Assembly (NCBI GenBank): GCA_963676515.1
Contig: OY781061.1
Coordinates: forward strand, 758,630-822,629
DNA: 64,000 nucleotides
Direction of reading: 5' to 3'
Origin: Candidatus Cloacimonadota bacterium
Lineage (GTDB): Bacteria > Cloacimonadota > Cloacimonadia > G963667145
A program made the position numbers and the translations under genes. The notes below the pieces were generated by a model. It was not told where the DNA came from. It did no database searches and saw only the letters and a program-made list of their open reading frames with translations. Positions 1 to 12,000 of the stretch are shown one piece after another. Position 1 is the stretch's first letter; each line of letters starts with the position of its first letter.

Positions 1-3000
1 GTTGTGGTGGTAAGGCGTATTTCGGGTTTTTCCATTTTTGCCCAACCAGTTGCACTTTCATCGGAGACTTCGGAGGTTGTATAAGCTTGTGAACTTTCAT
101 CATAAAATATTTTTTTCAGCTTGTAGATATACTTGTTGCCATTTTTCACCTTTTGTGAACTCTCTTTGGACTGTGCATAGCGAACAAGGCAAGTGTCGTC
201 TGTCGTGCCAGAATCTTGAGCGACATCTGAAGTCTGCAAATCGTACTCTACCCACATATACTTGATACCATCTACGAAACTTTCGTCGCCAGATTTTTCC
301 CAAACCACCACTATAGAATCTTGATAAGTTCCTTGTGTAGCAACGATTTCATTGTCATATAGCCCAGCTTGATTCCATCCTTTTTTCTCGCCCGATTCAT
401 TTTCTAGCCAAGTCTTGAAGGTGTCGGAAATCGCATCTTTCATTCCACTTTGATAGACCTGCACCATATACGCATACTGCACACCATCTTTCCCCTCTGT
501 AGAGGACAATATATCCTTACAGACATATTCAGTTTTAGCTGCATCATATTTCTTATCTGAGGGTGAAATTTTATTATAGCTACCCCAGTCATTTTCTGTG
601 TTATTTACGGTGGCTGTGTCTGCACTTCTATAGACTTCCAGCTCAAAGCCAGGATCATCATAACCAATCTGCAGTTTCACAAAGCCGACGGAGTCTTGCG
701 ACAATGTAACATGCTCTGGTGAATAGAACTTCAGATACCCAATATCTGAGGACACATCAGAATAAACTCTTTGTCCGTCATAATAACAGCGACTATTCCA
801 CGCTGCTATGGCAAATCTATACTTCTTACCTATCTCCACATTAGAGATGCTTGCACTGACCAAGTTTACAGTACTATCTTGCGATGGTACCTCAGCCGAA
901 TCTACTAAATCTCCTGTAGCGTCCTCACTAATCCAAATAAAGTATCCGTCTGCTCTGGCGACTGTGTCCCACTCGGCTACTATCATCTCCGAAAACTTTC
1001 CATCGCTGGCAGTTAGCCATGCTGGAGTCTGCAGTTTGGTATAAGAGGTCAGAGGATCTCCATTCTTCGAGTACCTTTCTTTGGCATAAGCTACACCATA
1101 GTATTTGTACATACTACCCGAGAGGATATCCTTTGTGTCTACATAGGTGAGCCAGCCCTTGTATGCTGTCACATTATCATCGAAGATGATAGTATCTATT
1201 ATATGGGAGTTCCCTTGATTGTTGTCTTCTCGATAGAGGAGTACACTATCCGCACCCGTCGATCTTCTTATGTTTAGATTTACCTTGTCGGTATAAAAGT
1301 CTCCATCTCTTAGTTGTTCTATCTCTGGTGGATTGACCTTGATCGTGCCACTATCTGGGATGTCGTACCATGGAGACGAGGACTTATCCATATTGTTATA
1401 GTCATTATAGTACTCTTGGCTGTAGAATCGCATCCTGTAATAGTAAACCTTGCTTGGAGTTAGATCTTTGCTGTCTGTGTACTCTTCCCATTCCAGAGAG
1501 TCTATACTTTTCAAAATGCTCTCTGTAAACGCATTAGCAGACTCTCTTCTTTGTATTTGGTATCTCACATCCAAATCTTGATAAGCTTTAAGGACATCAC
1601 CGTCATCAGTAAGCTCTGTCGTCCAGCTCAAGACTATCTGATTGTCTTCGTCTTTGGTCAAGTTAGCAGAGCTAGCAGGCAACATCAATCTAGTGTGACC
1701 AGAGTCTTGGCTAAGCTCTTCTGTTTGGAATGGCAGTTCTGAGCCTGAGGGAGTCTCACCTCTTATCTGGAACTGAGTCATTATCCCTCTAGTTAATGTG
1801 CCTTCCATAGAGAGAGTGATGTCGTAAAAATCGTCCTTGTTCGTTACCGCTCCATTGGCTAGCTGAACAGACTCACTTCCATTATCATAATAAATGACAT
1901 ATCTCGAGGTCTGGTCAAGAGCGGTGTCTGTATCCTCTAGATAGTTGTCCCAAGTAAACCTGATGGAGTCTGCGTACTTCCCTTTGGTGGCAGTGAAGTT
2001 TATCGGAGCGGGTAGTTTGAGCCAGCCCTCTACTATGTCACTCCAATCTGAGAGAACCTCTGATCTTTGGAATCTAATCCTGAAATAGTACTTCTTGCCT
2101 GGGAGTAGTCGCTGTTCTTCGCTTTCACTTCTTTCCAGTATTCCACTCGAGTCTGCTCCATTATTTACAAAGCTCGTTTCCATGATGTCTGCAGAGCTGC
2201 CAAAGCCATCTGCCGTCCACTGCACGACTACATCGCTGACCACATCATTATCCATCCTATTCCACTCTACTCTCAGCGTATCTAGCTTGCCATTGTATAG
2301 CTTGAGGTCTGGCTGTGCTATAGAGCTATAGAACTTTTTCGCTAGCGAGAAGTCAGAACAAATCTCAAAAACTTCTGTTCCTCCCCCAGCTGTCATCACA
2401 GTGGTCTTTGTTATATAGGTTTTTAGTTTTGTATAATACTCTTTACCCTCTACAAACCAATCCGAAGAACTGAACCTACCTATCAAATCGTCTGTAGTGC
2501 TGTCCTTTAGCGAGATAGAATCTAACGGGTTCACTACTTCATTGCCTTCTCCTACAAAAATCCTAGCCTTAGAATCTTCGTTGCCACCTTCTCTGCTCCA
2601 CTCCATCGCTATTTCTGGCGTATTTTTGGAGATAGTGACTATCTTTGGCTTCTTGAGCTTGGTGTATCCACCCCTATAGCTGCTGGCACTGGACAGATGC
2701 TGATCTCTTTTGGCTTGCACCTTGTAATAATAAACCGTTCCATCTTCCAATCCTACACCATTATTGTCGTCTAGATATTGTGTGGGTGAGCCGTCTACTG
2801 TATCTACGATAACAGAAGGATCAAACTCCGTATTTTCGCTCCGCAAGATGACATACTCTTTGGCATCTTTTGTCCCATACCACTTTATCGTTATCTGCCC
2901 AGTATCCACACCCTTGTCTGTATAGGACAAACTAGGTGTCAGGAGCTCCAAAGATGCCATCTTCACGGCGGAAGTGTCTGAGATGGTCATTCCATCTTTG

Positions 3001-6000
3001 TATGCTCTCATATAGTAGTAATAGTCCGTACCCAAGAGGCAATCCTCGTCTGACCAAGTATAGTTGTATTTGTTTACATCCACCGCCATCGTATAGACAG
3101 GATCTCTTTCTGGATCATCGTAGGCAGTTTTCCGATAGATGTAGAAACTATCGATATTCTTGATGTAATCTTGCTCGTATTGCCATTCTAGTGTTATCGA
3201 ATCTTCTCCGTATGGTGTCGCTCCGATGAGATAAGGAGGCAGCAACCTAGCATAAGCGACGATCTTTTCTGTCGGAGCTGAGCTAAGATAGCGAGGATGT
3301 CTGGCAGTGATAGTGTAAGTAAAGCAAACGCCCTCTTCTACATTCGTGGTGTCGCAGAAGCAGCCTGTATCTGAGAGGATTTTATATTCGGGGGTATAGT
3401 CCCTAGAAATAATATACTCTACCTCTTCGTTTCTACCGTGAGGCAACTCTTGCTTTGACCAGCGAAGAGTAATCGTGTCTGAGTTTTCGCCTATAGATGA
3501 GAACTCAACCTCTGGTGTCCTGAGCTTGTACCAGCCAGAGTCCAGAGCACTAAAAGCCGAAGAAATTTGTATCGCCTCGTCAAAATAGCAACTCTTGGCT
3601 TTGAAGTAATACATCGTAGCTGGAGCAAAATTCTGATTGTCTCTCGTGTTTATCATCAGATAGCCACTGGCAAGCTGACTATACTGTTTCTCCAAAGAGA
3701 GAAGCGATGTCCAATCATCTGCTGGCTCAGAGACGGTGTCGTAGTAAATGTCCAGCTTGTTTACTCTGCTGAATTGCTGAGCATTGGTATCCCAAGATAT
3801 CTTGATAGAGTCCGTCATCAATCCATCTTGCTCGTTGTCCACCGTAATCTCTAGTGGCTTAAGAGTAATCCAGCCGTAGTCACTCCATCCACTCCAGTCC
3901 GAGTAAATTGTTGCTTTCTTGCTCCTGACGCGATAGTCGTAGATGTAGCCATCGCTACTATTCAAACTGTTGTAGTCCTGCACCTTAATGGTGATACTGT
4001 CGGCAGATGAAGCATCTACGCTAAATCTGGTTTCATCATAGTCCACATCAAAGGTGTCTCTATCCTCTCTTGCTCTACGCACTATTTCATAGTTATCCAT
4101 ACCTGTCAGATTGTCAAAGGCTTTGAATGTGAGTGTGATGGTGTCTGTGCTCGTGCCTTGTGAGGCTCTGACATCCATAGGTGTAGTCAGTGCGATGTAG
4201 CCTGGATCACTGTTTGCTGTCTCTTTGTCGCCCTCTTTTGCCTCGGTGAAAGCTCGCACCCTAAAGTAGTAGCGAACTCCGACTTCCAACTTGCCGCCCT
4301 CTATAGACTCCTCGTATACATGGCGATCATCTGTGCTGGCAGGTCTTATCGTGTCCATCACACCGTAATCTAGCAGATTGTTGCTCTGGGCAGTATCTAT
4401 GATGTATCCTTCGACTTTCGTGAGGTTGTCCCAAGATATCACCACTTTATCGTGATATTCTCCATCGGTAGCTTCCACATTTTGTGGCACTGGCACAGAG
4501 ATATAGCCCGAGTCTATATCAGAGTAGTTTTTTTGCTCTTCGCCAAAAGTTACCGTTAAGTCATTTACAGCCAAGGCTTTGTAATAATAAATTTTACCGT
4601 AAATCAAATCGTCTATCGGGTCTTTGTATAGCAGTTCTGATGTTGTATTTATTTGTGCCCACTGAGAGGTAGTATCATCTGTTCTCCATACTTCGTAATA
4701 GTCTGCATTAGGAACGAGTGACCAGTTCAGACGGATAGTGTCTTCTAAATCACCTTTGGTCGCATTGAATCCTCCCACTTTGTCCAGCTGGGTGTATCCA
4801 GAATCTTGCTCCCCGTAACCATCAGAAGGCTGTAATTGCACCACAGAATTGTTTGCCCGCAACCTGAAATAGAATATCTCCCCTCTGTTAGATTCAATTA
4901 TATTCTTTAGAGTGTAAGAGTCTCCTATATCTGCTCTCGTGGTACTCCAGCTACCGGCAACTGCATCTTTTTGTAAATACTGCAAATTGTAATAGTCAGC
5001 GTTGGTATATGGTTGCCAGTCTATGCGGATAGAGTCCAAATAGTCGCCTTTGCTCACATATTTTATTTCCACGCCATCGAAGAGAGCAAACCCAGAGTCT
5101 GTGCATATCGTAGATTCTGTAGATGATGTGCCAAAGTCGGCGTCATAGAACCTCACTCCGAAGTAAATATACTTTCCTTGCTCACTTTCATCTTCTATCT
5201 CTACAGAGTATTGCGTGCCTTGCAGCGATATCAGCTGATTGTCCCACAGTGTAGCGAGTGTGTCGCTTTTATAAATCTGGGTAGTATAGTTTTTGGGGTT
5301 TTCCCATTGCAAGTAGATCGAGTCTGTGGCAAGTCCATCGCTAGCACTGAACCCCAAAGGAGTCGGCAGAGCCAGCCAGCCTGTAGCAGAGTCTGCACTC
5401 ATTAACGAGGAGTGAGCCACCGTCATATCGCCACTGGCAGCCATCATCGCTCTCACTTGATAGGAGTATTTGTGCTTTTCTTCTAGCTTCGCTGTCACAG
5501 CGTTTTGAGTCAAGATGATAGTATCGCCAGAGATAGTCATATCCCCCGGAGATAATATCTGCGTAGAGTCCACTATGCCTGTGGTCTCATCCTTCTGATA
5601 GACTCGGTAAGAGACCAAATCGTCGTGCTGATATGCATCGGACTTCTTCCACTTGACTACAATCTTCTTCTCATAGTCGCCTGTGCTAGCAGAGACCATA
5701 TCGGGAGTGGAAATGCGAGCATATCCTATAGCTGTGCCCGAGAGTGCCGAGTAATTGCCAGCACTAGAACGAAAGTTTACGCTCCCGTTTACATTCACTG
5801 CGAAGATATAACGGCGTCCTCTTTTGATGCCAAACCACTCATTTCCTGTTGTATATTTCGCCCCAACCTCTACGGTAAACTCAGGAGCTGTCGGTGGTAA
5901 ATCTGTGTAGTTTGCATCATTATTCCCTGTAATTCTCTTGCCCTCTTCAGGTTTGTCTTTAGTTAAATCAAAATCGTTAGAATTTAGAATGCTGTCGGTA

Positions 6001-9000
6001 TAAACATTATAGCTTATATCTGTTAAAGAAGCACTCTGCATGCCATCCCAAGAGACGACTATCTTGTCCTCGTACTCTCCATTTGTAGCTTCTATATTCT
6101 CTGGTGGCAAAAGCGGAGTCGTGATTGTCATAGTATCGCTATAGTCAGACATCCCTGTGATGTCTTTGTAAAATCTCACGCTGTAAGCATAAGTTGTCAT
6201 CATCATCAAGAATTTATTGTCCTCGAAGAAGCCTGGTACTCCTTGCCCTTCGTTAGGCCTCACGGCTACACTATATCTCTCATTTTGGCTTTCAGCCACT
6301 TCACGATAAAAGAAGATCGAATCCACCCAATCGTTCGGACAGGAGTAGCTGACTTTCACATATGAGCCGATAGTCAGTAAAGACGATATCACATCATCTA
6401 CCTCTGGAGTAGGCATCTTGGTGTATAGCGGCAACCACTCCGACCACGCAGAGTAACCGTATGTAGCTCTCTTTGAGCGTATGCGGACAGAATTATACTT
6501 AAATCTATCTGCCTCTTCTACAAAGATGGAGGTGTCTTTCGTCGTGCCGGGTATATCCTCGATGGTGTTTGCCACGGCTTCGCCTATCTTGTAGTCTATC
6601 TCATAGGTGATACTGTTCGGACTCAGCTCGCAGGGGTCTTCCCATGTCATACGGATGGAGTCTTCTATCAGAGCATACTCTCCGTCTTGGGCGGTGTATT
6701 TCACGAACTCTGGAGCGGGTATCTCTGCCCAACCAGAGTCTAGCATGCTCATCTCGGACTCTTGGGCTCCTACTTTGGCTATCAAGCCGTAATAGAACAT
6801 CTCGCCTATCTTCCTGTCGTCTAGGGCGTCCGTATAGCTCAGAGTCTTTTGGCTGTAGCCATCCCAGTCGCTTGGCTCTATATTACCGATGTAGTTCATC
6901 AGCTCTACGCTGTCACTCTCGCCTCTGTACACCAGATATTTAGTAGCTCCGTAGCTCGGGTTCGAGAGATTTTGAGGTGCATTCCACGAGACGATGATGG
7001 TGTCTTGCACATCGCCCTTGGTAGCTTCCACTCCATCGGGTGCCAAAAGCTGTGCTATACCGATGCACTCGTCCGACCAGTCAGATTTTTCGTTCTCGCA
7101 ATTTTCGTTGAGTGCTCTCACTTGGTAAACATACTTATGCCCTGTGAAAATGCCCACGACATCTTCCAAGCTCGTTGTTGTTACCGTTTGGTATGTCGTG
7201 TCTTCTTTGCCTGAGAAGTCGAAAGCTCGTTTCACTTCAAAACTTTTGGCAGCACTCGGTGTTGTCCATTCCAGATAGATAGCCATTATAGAGTCTTTCG
7301 TTATCTTAGTTACATACGGTGCAGGTGTCTTTGCCCATCCGTAATAAGGCTTACCTTCCTCTTGTTGCGAGAGTGGCGACCACACACCGTTTGGTGTCGT
7401 CTGCGTCCTGATCCGATAATAATATTTTGTTCCGGGGTGAAATTTACCAGCAGTGGCATTCACGGCGTTGTGCAGATAGAAGTAATGTGACTTACTGTTA
7501 TCTTCCACTTCTAGAGTGTCATACACATTTGTACCGTCGTTGTAGTCAGCGGCAGTTTGGTAAACGAATATCTGGAATCTGAGCTCATCGCCTGTAGGCA
7601 ATGATGGCCACGCAAGCCTAACATCCGAGAGATAAGTTCCCTTACTGACGGTGTCGAAGGTGATGGATGGTATGTCTATGTAGGTGTCAACCGTAACAAA
7701 TTCAGAGTTTTGCTCTATCCCTGTCGAGCCGACTCTGTTGGCTTGTGCTCTGTATTCGTAGGTCTTGCCCACTTTTAGATTCGCGTGTGTATAGTTCCCC
7801 TCTGTAGATGAGAGTGTTGCTAGTGGTTGGTATGTAGCGGCTACCTTCACCTCCAGAACTGTGCTGTCGGAGTTTTGGGATGGATCCCAGCTAAGATTGA
7901 TAGAGCTACTGCTCGAGATAGGCGTAGCTGCGAAGTTGGCTACTGGATACAGCTTGGTATAGCCAGTGACGACCTCGCTCTTGCAGCTAGCTCCAAACTC
8001 TGCACTGACTCCCTTCACGAAGAACTCTATATCCGCTCCGACCTCTTTTGCGGTGACGGTGTATTTGTACTCTTGCGTTATATCCGAGAGTTCACCTCGC
8101 ACCATTGCATCTTCTATGCCGTCATCATCGTTGCCCTCTTTCCACACTTGGTACTCTGTTACATCGTCCACTACGATCAGAGTGTCCCAAGTAATCACGA
8201 TGCTGTCTATCAGCCCTCTGCTCGCTTCCACATTCACTGGTCCTGCTATAGCTAGCCAGCCTACATCATAGAGAGCTTCCCATCCTTCCGAAATCTGTGT
8301 GCCTTTTTGCACAGCGATACGATACTCATACTTTTGTCCATCAAGCAAGGTTTCTTTTTTCTCATCCACAAACCTATTTGTCTCTATAGAAAAGCTAGTG
8401 GTGTCAGCAGAGCTGGTAGCTCCCACTCTAGATCTCTCTACGAAATAGCTCTCTGCCACAGCGACAGAGTCCCATGTCACCACGATGCTATCTCTATATT
8501 TACCGTCCGTTGCCTTTATGTTGCTCACATTGGGCATCTTGGTGTAACCTGTAGCTAAGTTCCTTTTGTATTCGGTGCTGAGGTCGCTATAACCCGTCTG
8601 ACCGATGTCTCCCAAGAACCCTCTAATCTTATAGGTGTAAGAGAACCCCTTGGCTACATTGCCATCATCGAGATAGACCGTATCTCCTGTAGTGGAAAAT
8701 CTCAGCTCGCTTGTATCTTTGGTAAAAATAGCAGAATCGCCAGACTCTATGTATCTGCATATTTGGTACTTTTCGGCTTTAGTCACCGCATCCCATTGGA
8801 CTACGATTTTGTCGGCATACTCTGCTTTGCTCGCTTCCACATGCTCTGGTGGTGTCGGCATCGCATAGCCAAACACGCTATCGCACGATACTTTTACATT
8901 TGGATAATCTTCCGTGGCGACAGCTAGCCTGTAGTAGTAATAGTGGTTAGCTTTTGCTGTCGCGTCTGTCCACTGGCTTACATCTTGCAGTCCACTAAAC

Positions 9001-12000
9001 ATCGTTACCCAAGCAACCGAGTCTTCTTCTCGCCTAAGACCAATGCAATTAACTCTGTCTCCCTTGTTCGTCCATGTCAGGAGTACACTGTCCTTCAGTG
9101 CTGTCTCTTGCGGACCTGTCGCCAAGAAGTTCCTTACTGCTGTCAACTGACTATAGCCAGTAGTAGTGTCCGAATATTCAGACCAAGCAGCACTCAAATT
9201 TTCTTCTGGGTAAACTGAGTCTATCTCTCTTTCAGCTGTTTTGTTTATCACCCGCACTCTATAAATGTACTTTCGCCCTTCTAGGACATTGTCTACATCT
9301 GTGTAATCTCCGTTGTTACTCACATCCAAGGTGACTTCTTCATTGCCTGTATTGGTCCTGAGCATCTGGTAAGTCAAAACATCGTCGCCAGCTTCTATCG
9401 TGTTCCACTTTATTACTATCTTGTTGTCTTCGCCTTTGCTCGCTCCATCGCTAAAGGTCAATATTGGCAACTCCGTGAAGCCCGGCTTGAACTCCGTCAA
9501 GACTGACTCTCTACCCTCATTAGGTTTGTAGGTGCTCAAGGCGAAATAAACCACTTGCCCAGTATCTGCATCTATGCTGCTATCTGCTGTCGCACCTTCG
9601 TAAACTGGCACGCTATAGCACATATAGCCATCACCTCTGTCATCTGCATCGGCATCAGCGATATAACCAAGCAGTTTTTTTTGCCCATGCTTTGCTGTTT
9701 TGTAATAAATCCCATAATTCACTGCGGCAGCTTTGCTAAAATACAAGTTGATCGTGTCGTCTTCGGTGGCTAAACTTGCCCTATCGAAATCTGGTGGCTG
9801 CAGCGAAACCCAGCCAGTATCAATATTAGAGGTGACCTCAGCATGCTTTTTGGTAGCGTAATCTGCTCTATGAGAAACTATTTTATAGAGATACTCCTTT
9901 TCGCAGTCCAGCGTAGAGCTTTCATCGTAATAAGTATATTCTGTACTTCCATCATTGTCTTTGTTCTCTATGACTTCGTAATCATCAGCACCACCTACGA
10001 CTTTTCTACATACCTGATACTTTGTCGCTCCGCTATTTTTCAAAGTCTTCCACTGAAGCATTATCTTGTCGGCGTATTCATCCTTCCCTGCGGTCAAGCT
10101 ATACGCAGCATCGAGCTTCATATAGCCTTCTACTATATTACTCAGGTCTGACTCTCCCCAGCCCTCTTTGCTCGTAGTGACCGCAAACTGGTAAATCTTG
10201 CCATAAGTCAGTTTGCCCTCTTCGGGGTAGAGAGTCACTGTAGAGTCGCCCACTGCCACACTTGTACCTTCTTCCCAGCCGTCATTGCTATCGTAATCTT
10301 TGTAATAAACTCTGTAGCTTTCGTTAGATTTGGACTCCCAGTATAAGATAATTTTGCTATCTAGGTTGTGAGAAACAGAGTCCAGCACAGGGATAGTAAG
10401 GGCTGTCATCGCACTACTGCTTAGCTCTACTTTCCCCGATGTCTCGTAATCTCCAGTGCTCAAAAGGATGCTACTTTCTGTCTCTATTTGATACATATAT
10501 TCCGTAGCTGTCGCCAAGCCAGTATCTTTGTAAGTCACCGTCTCGCCTGAAACTTTCTCTATAAAGGCGTAGGCGTCTGTGGTATTTTTTAGTTTGCGAT
10601 ACAAGTTGTAATTTTGTGCATATTTCACAGGATCCCACTCCAGATCTACCCAGTCAGTATTAACACCCACTGATTTAAATCCATCCGGAGCAGCTATCTT
10701 GATCCAGCCAGAATCTATGTCAGAATCTTCACTCGACTCTACATCGTTCTTACTACGGATCTTGTAAATATATTTCACGCCTCTATCTATGCTGTATTCG
10801 TCTTGTGTTAAGGTCATATTTGTTAGCAAGGTGTCCGCTGTTATAGACGGCAATCTAGCCCAGTCTCCAGCCATGCCTTGCTTGTATATCACTATATAAG
10901 ACTTAGCGTTTTCTACTTTATTCCATCGTACCACCACCACACTATCTCCGCCTTTGGTAGCAGACATGCTAAATGGAGGCTCGATCGCAGCGTATCCCAC
11001 TTTTTCGGTAGAATAATCGGACTCTCCTATCACCTTGCCACCGTCGCTTTCGTACACTGTAGCCGAGTAATAATATTTTTTACCTGGCTCGACATTACTT
11101 ATCACACCGTCTTCCAGCGTAATTATCCCCATACCGCCAGAGGAAGCAACCGCACCAAGCACATCCGTCAGCTTGACGACCGTTTCAGAGTTCAACTCTC
11201 GTCTATAAAGTTGCACCACCAGATCTTGCCCTTCTTCTGGAGCTACAGTTTGGACCTTTATTCGGATAAACCCAATAGAATCTTGTGTCGTCGTCAAGAT
11301 AGTAGGCGTAGGATATTTAGTGTAACCTAAGTTAAAATAATAACCTTCTGGATTTTTATCGTTCTCTCCACTGTTAGCTCCCGTCTCCTTGCCATCTTTC
11401 ACACAAGTCACTTTGAAGCGGTAGTTTACACCTATTTCAGAATCCATCCATTCGTAAGCTCTATTCTCAAATTCGTCACTACCATCTATTACTTCTGTTA
11501 CAGGTGTATAGCTCGTTTCGCTCTCTTTTTTCACATAGATTATATAACCCTCTATGCCATAGACTTCATCCCATGTAATGCGGATCTTGTCACTATAGTC
11601 TCCCTTACTGGCATATACATTCTCTGGCGACTCTACACTCGTCCATCCAGAGTCCAGTGCCGTCATCTCCGAAGATTTCTCGCCCTCATCCACGATCACT
11701 ATCTGTGTCTTGAAATAGTAAATCATCCCTTTGAGAATGTCGTCTTCCAGCTCCATGCCTTCACTGTTCTTGAGCTCAGACAAAGATATCGACACCTCAT
11801 TCTCTGTCACATTTTTGCTATCCGTGGAGTAATATATCATCGCATTGCCCAGCAAACTTTGCTCTGCAGCTACTTTGATCCTATCGGGGACATTCCAAGA
11901 GATACCGATCTTCTTTGGAAAGATACCCTTGGTAACTTCGACATTATTTAGAGTAGGAATCTCCAGCCATCCTATAGCTGGAGTGGAACGAGGCAGAGAT